Below the pieces are notes generated by a model. The model was not told the origin of the DNA. It saw only the letters and a program-made list of their open reading frames with translations, and did no database searches. The position numbers and the translations under genes are program-made. A stretch of DNA of 44,344 nucleotides, from NCBI GenBank assembly GCA_043807785.1, contig JAZDFO010000068.1:1-44344 (forward strand). The letters run 5' to 3'. The first letter of the stretch is position 1; every line of letters starts with the position of its first letter. This DNA is from Candidatus Micrarchaeota archaeon. Lineage in GTDB: Archaea; Micrarchaeota; Micrarchaeia; Norongarragalinales; SBBD01. Shown here one piece after another: positions 16,667 to 23,888 of this stretch.

Positions 16667-16702
16667 CCAACACCAGCAACTGCACGCTGGCAGGATGCTG
16701 AC
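16646..16702 (+). repeat. 57-nt direct repeat DR2
   Basis: Second copy of the pilin 3' end. It still reads HDCVAITNTSNCTLAGC* in the pilin frame. Confidence 0.9.
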
Positions 16703-16885
16703 TTATCTATTCGCCTTGACCAAACGGAACCGCGCCTGCGAAAATGTTTGTAGCAATAACCTGCATTATACTAACCCTGGTTATTGCATGAATGTCGAAG
16801 GACGCATGCTGCTGTTGGCGCCCGACAAGCGCCGCGTTGCCTTCAAAACCAGGGAGATTGAAGTAGTGGACATCTGCGACTTCCT

Positions 16886-17040
16886 ATGAGTTTGGCACGC
16901 CTGAAAAAAGCAGCTTGCAAAAGCCGCTGTCTTTTGGAAAAGGCGTGGTTTCCCCGAGAGCCGCATTTCCCTGTTGCGCCACAGAAAGGCTTTTAAATGC
17001 CGAGTGGATTGTTTTTTCCGCCGGCAAGAAAATGCCGGGC
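16886..17040 (+). pseudogene. Decayed 5' remnant of a second DUF4143-type ATPase gene
   Basis: TATGAGTTTGGCACGCCTGAAAAAAGCAGCTTG aligns with TATAGTTTGGTATGCCTGAAAAAGAGCAGCTTG at 15369..15401. ATG has become ACG, there is a 1-nt indel, and similarity fades over about 150 nt. Confidence 0.4.
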
Positions 17041-17080
17041 AAATGTCTTGGTTCAACCCATAAAAGAGGTCGATGAAAGA

Positions 17081-17350
17081 ATGAAACTGTTTAAGGAAAG
17101 AAAAGCGCAGGGCGCGTTTGAATACATCCTGCTATTGGCGGGAGTACTGCTAATCGTCGTACTCGCAATCATCATCCTAAGAGGTTCCGTGCTCGCAAGC
17201 GCAAACAACAACATTCAGTCGGGAATGAGGTCAGTTGGAAACGCAAGTGCTGGCTGCAATGTTACTCAGCAGGTTTGGAACAACGGTTCCGGCGTATTCT
17301 GCTGTAACATTCTTGACAATATTAATTGTCAGGTAATACCTATAGCTTAG
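17081..17350 (+). CDS. Archaeal type IV pilin-like protein (class III signal peptide)
   Basis: Track ORF 16997..17350. The ATG at 17081 gives MKLFKERKAQGAFEYILLLAGVLLIVVLAIIIL. Confidence 0.7.
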   Translation: MKLFKERKAQGAFEYILLLAGVLLIVVLAIIILRGSVLASANNNIQSGMRSVGNASAGCNVTQQVWNNGSGVFCCNILDNINCQVIPIA

Positions 17351-17351
17351 T

Positions 17352-17379
17352 CTCTTTTTCTTTTTCCTTTCTTTTTTTA
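17352..17379 (+). terminator. Oligo-T tract after the pilin gene (archaeal intrinsic terminator-like)
   Basis: CTCTTTTTCTTTTTCCTTTCTTTTTTTA lies directly after the stop codon. Confidence 0.5.
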
Positions 17380-17556
17380 CTCCCCCCAGCGCGAGCGTTG
17401 CTTGAGGTTTGGGCTTGAGCCTGCGCTTGGCGGCTCTCGCTTGCTCTTTCCTGCGTTGCCTGCTGCTTTAGGGGGTTCACGGCCCGCTAATGCTGTGGGC
17501 AGGGGGGTTTGTCAGGCGGCGTGCGTCTTGGCGGCAGGGGGGATGGCTTGGGCATG

Positions 17557-18315
17557 TCAGAGGCCTTCTTTTTTCAGGCGGTTTAGGACTTTGCCAAAAA
17601 CCAATTCGAAGTCTGGAACTCGCCTTAGGAATTGGCGGAGGTCTTCATCCCACTTGGCCTTGAAGTTTGGCAGCCGTAAGCTCAACCCCGGCAAGTCCGG
17701 TTTTTCATGATAGTAGTCGAGTTTCTTGAGGATTAGGGCCGGGTCCAGGCGCACGTTGTTTTCGAGCAGGAACCAAACGTCGTACAAGTCACGGGCGGCA
17801 GTGCGGGAAAACACTGCGTGGACTTTTTCGGCAAGGATTTCCTCTAACGCGAGGACCCGCAAGGGAAAGCCGCCGAGTTCATAGGCGTCAACTACCTGCT
17901 TTTCAACCGGCTGTAAAAACGCGTTTTCCCTTAAACTGAAGTCGAAACGCACGCGCTGCGGCTGCTGGAGAAAGGAATTGAATTTAAGGAATACTCGGAG
18001 CCCCTCGCTGGTTTTCTCGTGCTTGGTTGCGGTAAACCGGATTCCGTGCAGTTCCTTGCCTTCGAAAAGGCCCTGGATTTCAGACCGCGCCTTGGCTTGC
18101 GTGATTGCCGGAGCGTTGAAGTCGAGGTCTTCCGAAAAACGCGCCTGCGGAAAATAAATTTTCTTGATGGCGGTCCCGCCCTTGAACACGAGGCCGGCGC
18201 AAAGCGGGGATTGCGACAGCACGGAGAGGACAACGGAAAGCGCGTAGTCCTTCTCGACGATGGCCTGCGGAATCCCCTCGCGCGCGGCCATTCTCTTGAG
18301 TTGCGCCAAGTCCAT
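17557..18315 (-). CDS. abiEii: Nucleotidyltransferase toxin, AbiEii/AbiGii family
   Basis: 252 aa. VFKGGTAIKKIYFPQARFSEDLDF is the hallmark motif. Starts 3 nt after the AbiEi-like gene. Confidence 0.85.
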   Translation of the reverse strand: MDLAQLKRMAAREGIPQAIVEKDYALSVVLSVLSQSPLCAGLVFKGGTAIKKIYFPQARFSEDLDFNAPAITQAKARSEIQGLFEGKELHGIRFTATKHEKTSEGLRVFLKFNSFLQQPQRVRFDFSLRENAFLQPVEKQVVDAYELGGFPLRVLALEEILAEKVHAVFSRTAARDLYDVWFLLENNVRLDPALILKKLDYYHEKPDLPGLSLRLPNFKAKWDEDLRQFLRRVPDFELVFGKVLNRLKKEGL

Positions 18316-18318
18316 CGT

Positions 18319-19128
18319 TTAATATCCCTGCCTGAAGTTGAGAAGCTGCTTTTCTTCGAGGTTCAATTTTAACCCCCACTTTTTGCTGTATTTGATGGTG
18401 TGCTTGGGGCCGGAGGGGTCGAGCCAGCGAAAGCCTTGAAACGAGCCTTCCAGTTGCTTGGCATGCCTTTTGAAGCCCATGAGTTCGAGAATGTAGCCGA
18501 GGCGCCGGCGGACGACGTGCTTTTCTGCTTTTGCCAGCGAAACGAGCTTGCCCCAGTCCAGTTCACTGGCGGCGGAGTGAATGGCTTCGGGGGCTGCCGA
18601 GACGCCCAGGCAGTATTGGGGCAAGCGCAGGCAGTCGATTATCGTCTGCTCGCGGGTGGAGACGTTGACTTCGGTACCGCCGAGTTTAACTTGCGTGAAT
18701 TCCCCTAGTTCGCGTTTTTTCACGAAAACGAAGGTGGTCTGCACCGCCTTGACGCTCTTCTTCTGGCGGTTTAGGGCCACGAAGACGGTCATGGGAATTT
18801 GCGTGGTCATCCCCCAATGGTTCAACGCGGACAAAAAGCCAATGTAGTAGTTCTTGGTGTTCGCGAGCGCGGGGGCGACTAGGAAGGAATGCTCCGACCA
18901 TTCGCCTTTGGGCCCGCTTTTTAGGGGAGCGAACAGGTAAGAGCCTTTCTGCAGGCGGATGACGCGGTTCTTTTTCGCCAGCCGCGAAAGCACGTTCTTC
19001 ACGGAGGCGGCAGTGCCTTTCAGAATCCTTTTCGCATCCTTGAACGAAAACAGCCCGTTGTTGCGCTCCTCCAATGCGAACAGGAGGGCAAGCTCCCTCT
19101 CCCCAAAACGCATTTTAGGTATAACCAT
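18319..19128 (-). CDS. abiEi: AbiEi-family antitoxin / wHTH transcriptional regulator
   Basis: Track ORF runs to 19152 (TTG start). ATG candidates are 19128 (MVIPKMRFGERE) and 19113. N-terminal wHTH: FSFKDAKRILKGTAASVKNVLSRLAKKNRVIRLQKGSYLF. Confidence 0.8.
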   Translation of the reverse strand: MVIPKMRFGERELALLFALEERNNGLFSFKDAKRILKGTAASVKNVLSRLAKKNRVIRLQKGSYLFAPLKSGPKGEWSEHSFLVAPALANTKNYYIGFLSALNHWGMTTQIPMTVFVALNRQKKSVKAVQTTFVFVKKRELGEFTQVKLGGTEVNVSTREQTIIDCLRLPQYCLGVSAAPEAIHSAASELDWGKLVSLAKAEKHVVRRRLGYILELMGFKRHAKQLEGSFQGFRWLDPSGPKHTIKYSKKWGLKLNLEEKQLLNFRQGY

Positions 19129-19147
19129 AGTATCGCTTAACGATACT
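19129..19147. promoter_or_regulatory. Perfect 7-bp inverted repeat between the TATA box and the abiEi start (candidate operator)
   Basis: AGTATCG-CTTAA-CGATACT. The TATA-like CCTTATATAC (minus strand) is at 19161..19170. Confidence 0.35.
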
Positions 19148-19221
19148 TTCAACGTTCAAAGTATATAAGGTTTTCGGCTGCCCCGGGACAGCTTGGACGT
19201 CCTCGCTTTCTTCCTCGATTC

Positions 19222-19986
19222 TCACGCCAATTCAACCTCTGCGGGGGACAAGTTTAGGTAAATCCTCCATTTTTTCGCTATCGCATCGAGCTCCTTGGGC
19301 TGCTTCCTTAAGTCCTTAGGATAGACACTGAATTCCCGGTCGTCCTTTTCAGTGCGCTTGAATAAACCGTCCCTTAGCGCGGTTATTATCTTTCTCGTGC
19401 GCTCGCCTTCAACCCCCTTTTCAAGCAAAATGTCCGCAACCGCCCCAAAATACCGGTAATCGAATGAATTAAGCCTTTTAACAACCTCCGAAAAACGGGT
19501 CTCCCCTGATTGCAGGAACCTTGAGGCAAAAGCGGTATCGCGGGCCTTAATCCGCTCTGCGGCAAACGAGGAATCGTCGTATTTGCCTTTCCTTATGGTC
19601 ACTAATTGAGTGCCGCCGGGCTTGAACAGCGTTTTATACGATTCAGCGGGCGAGTTGGTGAATATTACCTGCGTGCCCGACGGCATGTAACCCATTTCGG
19701 CGGCAAATGCCGGTGATCCGACCAGCTTGTTTGTCGGAATTTGCTCGCCAATAAGCGAGAGTTCCTCGATTGAGGCCAGCAGCCGGTATTTCTTGGTGCG
19801 CCAGTCCCCGTCAAGCCGTTGCTTGGCGATTATTCCCTTCTTCCCGAGCTCGTTGAGCACCTTCCATGCCGCGGTCTGGGGATAGGCCAGCCTTTCCATC
19901 GCTTCCTCAATGGTGAAGTACTTCTTTTGCCCGAAAGCATTAAGCAACCCGGCGTAGGCGTCGTACTCCCACTTCTGCAACCTCAT
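19222..19986 (-). CDS. wHTH-domain protein with an uncharacterised C-terminal domain
   Basis: 254 aa. N-terminus YFTIEEAMERLAYPQTAAWKVLNELGKKGIIAKQRL. Starts 26 nt downstream of the SWIM gene on the same strand. Confidence 0.5.
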   Translation of the reverse strand: MRLQKWEYDAYAGLLNAFGQKKYFTIEEAMERLAYPQTAAWKVLNELGKKGIIAKQRLDGDWRTKKYRLLASIEELSLIGEQIPTNKLVGSPAFAAEMGYMPSGTQVIFTNSPAESYKTLFKPGGTQLVTIRKGKYDDSSFAAERIKARDTAFASRFLQSGETRFSEVVKRLNSFDYRYFGAVADILLEKGVEGERTRKIITALRDGLFKRTEKDDREFSVYPKDLRKQPKELDAIAKKWRIYLNLSPAEVELA

Positions 19987-20012
19987 AACATCACTTGAGT
20001 AATTTGCTCAAG

Positions 20013-20981
20013 TCAGGTATTTAAGGCTTTCGGGAGCTTGCGTTCCTTTTTTCGCCTGGCCAGAAAATCCTCTAGCGCCTCCTTCTTATAGCCGTCGCTC
20101 TTACCGATTTTCTCACGTACTCGGCCCTCGATTTGCGTCCACTCTTCGGCGGTTGCGCAGGACAATATCGCGTCTTCTGCGCTGGGGACAAGGTCTAGCC
20201 CGCCCAAGTCAACGTCAGCCAGTACGGAGTCCAGGAGGATTCCCAGCCATTCTCGGCGGGTTTGTTTGTCCGGCGAACCCTTGGCCAGGCACTTGACTAA
20301 GCCTTCCGCGATTTCATCCACTGCGCAAGCGAGTTCGCCTTCTTCATCCATTTCAAGCAATGTGCTGCCATAACGGCGGGTGGCTTCAGTAAGAAGCATG
20401 GCATAGATCGTGCCTGCGGCAAGCCAGCCGTCGGACTCCACCAAATCATCCGCCATCCCGCAAAGATTCTGCAAGCCCGCTTCGATGGCCCTGCTTGAAC
20501 CTTGCTGCAAAGCGCGCAACGCCAGGCGGTGGAACGTGTTTACGTCTACCATGCCCTGGCGGGATGAAGCGGAAAATTCAGCTATATCAATCAAATGGGG
20601 TTCTTGCTTGACCATTTCGCCGACGAGAGCAATAAGTTCGTCTTTTGTGAATTCCGCGAGCATTGAGGCAAACGGCGGGAGCACGCGGATTGATTGTGGC
20701 TTGCGGGCTAAGCTTAAGAGGAGGGCGACAATGTGTTTGCAAAAGCCGCCGCGGGGGCAATCGCAGGAAGCCTTCGCAACCCTGTTTTTATTTAAAATGA
20801 CGGAAACATTGTACGGTTCGCGCGCAGAACCCTGGCAGGTTGTACGAAGTTCCTTTCCCAGCAAGACTGGCTCAAAAACCCTGTTCTCTAAAAAGTATTT
20901 ATTGCCTCGCTCGAATGATTGGGCGTCCGAAAGCTTGCGGACCGACGCTTCGGTAAGCCGGGGCAACGCGTTCTTTACCAT
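20013..20981 (-). CDS. SWIM zinc-finger protein
   Basis: 322 aa. CDCPRGGFCKHIVALLLSL fits CxCx(n)CxH. GGAGG lies 6 nt upstream of the ATG. TTTTATA box at about 21027..21036. Confidence 0.8.
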   Translation of the reverse strand: MVKNALPRLTEASVRKLSDAQSFERGNKYFLENRVFEPVLLGKELRTTCQGSAREPYNVSVILNKNRVAKASCDCPRGGFCKHIVALLLSLARKPQSIRVLPPFASMLAEFTKDELIALVGEMVKQEPHLIDIAEFSASSRQGMVDVNTFHRLALRALQQGSSRAIEAGLQNLCGMADDLVESDGWLAAGTIYAMLLTEATRRYGSTLLEMDEEGELACAVDEIAEGLVKCLAKGSPDKQTRREWLGILLDSVLADVDLGGLDLVPSAEDAILSCATAEEWTQIEGRVREKIGKSDGYKKEALEDFLARRKKERKLPKALNT

Positions 20982-21229
20982 AAAACCGCCTCCTTCGCTT
21001 CGATCAAAACCATTGGATACTACGCCGGGTATAAAAGTCGATGCTTAAGCGCCTCGTTTTGCCAGTCGTTTTATTTGCGCGTCAAGAATCATGCCAGCAC
21101 CGATTGTTTTGTAATCTCTGCGTTCAATACCAGGTTCCATTTGCTGTCGTGCTTTCCCTTCGATTCTGAGCCTTACGGTATCGCGTCTTTTGCGCCGGGC
21201 TCTTGTGGCGGCATGGTAGCCGGCAGTCA

Positions 21230-21260
21230 GTCGGGAAACCGGCTTTGAGGTCGGGAAACC
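21230..21260. repeat. 11-mer GTCGGGAAACC repeated with 20-nt phasing
   Basis: Copies at 21230..21240 and 21250..21260, in the spacer just 3' of the DUF3368-like gene. Confidence 0.7.
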
Positions 21261-21266
21261 CAGCCT

Positions 21267-21779
21267 TTAATCTGTTGCCTGCGCGGCCTTGCGGATGGCT
21301 TGTGCGATGTTCTTGTAGGTTTCGACGTCGCAGTACCAGCCGGCGTCAACCATCGCATCCAACAGTTCTAACGCCTTTTCGCCGGAAAACGCCTTCCTCC
21401 TCACGCCGTCAATCAAGAGCGCCGTGGAATGCGCGGTTGCAATGCCGTTCGCTGCAGCAAACCGCCTGGCGGGCTCGTCGTCTACGACTGCAACGGCCTT
21501 GAGCCGCCTTGCAAGCAGGATTACGCTGACGTCCGCGCTGCTTAGCCCCGGCTCTTCCCCTGCCTTTGCAGGCAGAACGTCGAGCGCCTTTCCCTTGATT
21601 AGGACAGATATGTGCATTGCTTCCGGGAACTGGTTTTCATCCAGCCGGAGTTCAAGGACTACTTGTCGTGTTGTAGCCAGCTTCCAGCCTAGCTTTGGCA
21701 GGTATTTCCAGAAGCCGGCGCGCGTTAGGTAAATGAGCGGCGTTGCGTCCAAGACCAGCGTTTTGCGCACAAAATGCAC
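21267..21779 (-). CDS. PIN-like nucleic-acid-binding protein (DUF3368 type), putative toxin
   Basis: 170 aa. LVLDATPLIYLTRAGF, AVAVVDDEPARRFAAANGIATAHSTALLI. Confidence 0.7.
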   Translation of the reverse strand: MHFVRKTLVLDATPLIYLTRAGFWKYLPKLGWKLATTRQVVLELRLDENQFPEAMHISVLIKGKALDVLPAKAGEEPGLSSADVSVILLARRLKAVAVVDDEPARRFAAANGIATAHSTALLIDGVRRKAFSGEKALELLDAMVDAGWYCDVETYKNIAQAIRKAAQATD

Positions 21780-21783
21780 CCTC

Positions 21784-22092
21784 CTATTCCTTTAGCGCCT
21801 CTTGTTCCCGTTCAATGTCCGGCCGGGAAACCCTGATGAATGCGGTCTTGCGTTCCTCCACTGCTGCCATCATTTCCCACAATGGCAGCCCCGCGAATTT
21901 TGCGGCAGCCGAGAGCGTCATTTTCCCCCTGCGCAGCAATTCGAGCGCCTCTTGTTTTTTCCACTCGCAAAGGCCTACGTCAATCATTTTTCTCACTGCG
22001 GCGGACTTGTCAATCCCCTCGTATTCCATCACGAATTCCAGCCTTTTTTCGTCCCCTTGAGGGAGCCTTGCCGCAACCGCCGAATATGCCAC
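21784..22092 (-). CDS. UPF0175-family antitoxin-like protein
   Basis: 102 aa. ALELLRRGKMTLSAAAKFAGLPLWEMMAAVEERK. GTG start with GGAGG upstream. Ends 4 nt before the DUF3368-like gene. Confidence 0.7.
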   Translation of the reverse strand: MAYSAVAARLPQGDEKRLEFVMEYEGIDKSAAVRKMIDVGLCEWKKQEALELLRRGKMTLSAAAKFAGLPLWEMMAAVEERKTAFIRVSRPDIEREQEALKE

Positions 22093-22384
22093 TTTTCATC
22101 GCCTCCAACCGACAACGTTTACGTTTATGTTATTATGTAAACAAAGTATAAAAGCATTCCCCTTGGCCTGCCGGTGAAGAGCCGGGCATGCAACCGGTCT
22201 AAAGTGCCGGGTTTTGGTTACTGCACTAATCAAAACATCCTCTTTTTTGAGCAGTGGAGTAATCGGGATGGCGAAAGATGGGCTGCCTGTGGTGTTGGCC
22301 TTCACTTCGCGGCAACAGTCAAAAGCAAGATTTTAACCATAGTTATGTTTTTATATAACTTCGGTTACAATATTGATGGTTTTT

Positions 22385-23041
22385 ATGAAGCTTCCTTTGG
22401 ACAAGAGGCTCAAAAAGCGCCTGCACCGCGACGTAGGCTGCCTGCAGGACGAGCTTGTGGACTTGCTTTACGGCGTTGCGCCTTCGCTGGTATTGCACGG
22501 CGGCACAGCGGTGTGGCGGTGTTTCGGGGGCGCGCGTTTTTCCGAAGACCTCGACTTTTACCTGCCCGGCGTGCAGGCTGATTTTGAGCAAGCTTTTAGG
22601 GCAGTGTTGCATTCCCGTGGTCTGGAGCTGTTGAAGTTCAAGAAAACCGCCAACCTGATTTTCGCCAAAGTCCGCAACCGCGATGCCGAAGTGCGCGTGG
22701 AAATCAATTTCTCCAAGGTTGCGCTTGGCGTGCCCTTGGCTTATGAGAAGATGGATGGGACGGCGCTGGTCGTTTTCTGCATTCCTTTGGAGGCATTGGT
22801 TTTGGAGAAGGCCCGGGCGTTTTGTTCCCGGCGGCTCATCCGGGACGTCTTCGACGTGTATTTCCTTTCCCTGCAATTGTCGGATGAATCTGGGCGCGGG
22901 GCTTTTGGGAAGGAGCTGGCCGGGCTGGTTTCGTCGCTTCCGGCTCCTCTTGACGAATCCACTTTGGATGCAATAGTTTATTCCGGCGCCGTGCCTTCGT
23001 TTGCGCAGATGCGGGATTATCTTGCGGGGCGCTTTCCATGA
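22385..23041 (+). CDS. Nucleotidyltransferase, AbiEii-like (short form)
   Basis: Track ORF 22373..23041. The ATG at 22385 gives MKLPLDKRL. Hallmark HGGTAVWRCFGGARFSEDLDFY. TTTTATATAA box at 22349..22358 suggests a leaderless transcript. Confidence 0.8.
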   Translation: MKLPLDKRLKKRLHRDVGCLQDELVDLLYGVAPSLVLHGGTAVWRCFGGARFSEDLDFYLPGVQADFEQAFRAVLHSRGLELLKFKKTANLIFAKVRNRDAEVRVEINFSKVALGVPLAYEKMDGTALVVFCIPLEALVLEKARAFCSRRLIRDVFDVYFLSLQLSDESGRGAFGKELAGLVSSLPAPLDESTLDAIVYSGAVPSFAQMRDYLAGRFP

Positions 23042-23613
23042 CCAACCCTGCCGTCCTGGAGAAGGCGTTTTCCATGCAGCCCTGCTTTTCTTTGGCACAG
23101 GCAAGGCGGGTCCTTTCGGGCGCCAGCGCAGGCTACGCTCGGCTGCTTTTGCACAACCTTGTAAAGGGCGGCAGGCTGCATCGCGTTGCCAGGGGCGTGT
23201 ATTCTTTCCACAGCGAGGCACAGGTCGCCGGCTTTGCGTTTTCGCCGTTTTACTACGGCCTGCAGGACGCGCTTTCGCTTCACGGAGCATGGGAGCAGGA
23301 GACCAATCCCGTGGTCGTCACCGTCCGCAAGGTCCGGGAAGGTGTCCGGAGTTTCGAGGGCGCGAACTTCGTCGTGAGGTGCATTCCACGAAGGCTCTTT
23401 TTTGGCTTCGAATCAATGCAGTACGGCGACTTGTGGGTTCCGGTGTCGTCGCTTGAAAAGACGCTCGCCGACTTGGCTTACTTCCGGTGCCACGTCCCAG
23501 CGGATGCCCTGCGGGAAATCCGGCCTCGCGTGGACTTGAAGGAATTGGATGAAGTGCTATCCCGTTTTCCGAAGCCTGCCGCGTCGAGGGCAAGGGAAAT
23601 GCTCTCCGAGTGA
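23038..23613 (+). CDS. AbiEi-like wHTH protein (short form) encoded downstream of the nucleotidyltransferase
   Basis: 191 aa. CFSLAQARRVLSGASAGYARLLLHNLVKGGRLHRVARGVYSF. ATGA overlap with the upstream gene. Confidence 0.7.
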   Translation: MTNPAVLEKAFSMQPCFSLAQARRVLSGASAGYARLLLHNLVKGGRLHRVARGVYSFHSEAQVAGFAFSPFYYGLQDALSLHGAWEQETNPVVVTVRKVREGVRSFEGANFVVRCIPRRLFFGFESMQYGDLWVPVSSLEKTLADLAYFRCHVPADALREIRPRVDLKELDEVLSRFPKPAASRAREMLSE

Positions 23614-23677
23614 GGCTGGGCCTTTTTCCCATCGCAAGCCTTTTATTGTGCAGCGCGCTGTCCATTGCGATAGCCGC

Positions 23678-23878
23678 ATGGACCTCCGATTGAAACCTCG
23701 CTTGAAACTGGGTTGCCGCGCGCAGACTTCCACCGAGTACATCCTTTTGGTGGCGCTGGGGCTGGTCGTCGTGCTTGCCGGCATCGCGGTTGCCGCGCAA
23801 ATCAAGGACATCAGCGACATCGTTTCGGCGCGCGTTTCCTCCGACCGCAATAAAGTCATTTCCATGTTCGTGAGCTGA
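23678..23878 (+). CDS. Archaeal type IV pilin-like protein (class III signal peptide)
   Basis: Track ORF 23549..23878. The ATG at 23678 gives MDLRLKPRLKLGCRAQTSTEYILLVALGLVVVLAGI. Confidence 0.65.
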   Translation: MDLRLKPRLKLGCRAQTSTEYILLVALGLVVVLAGIAVAAQIKDISDIVSARVSSDRNKVISMFVS

Positions 23879-23888
23879 AACCCCCGCC

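Noticed and set aside
15239-16702. CRISPR array or IS element as the explanation for the direct repeats
   Set aside because: There are only two repeat copies, separated by 1.35 kb of ordinary coding sequence. There are no short regular spacers, no transposase and no terminal inverted repeats.
20410-21048. 212-aa plus-strand ORF
   Set aside because: It is antisense to the SWIM gene, which has the zinc-finger signature and an SD sequence.
22343-23290. 315-aa minus-strand ORF
   Set aside because: It lies entirely antisense to the AbiEii-like and AbiEi-like genes, which have clear family motifs. Its Arg/Pro/Lys/Gln-rich composition is typical of shadow ORFs in GC-rich DNA.
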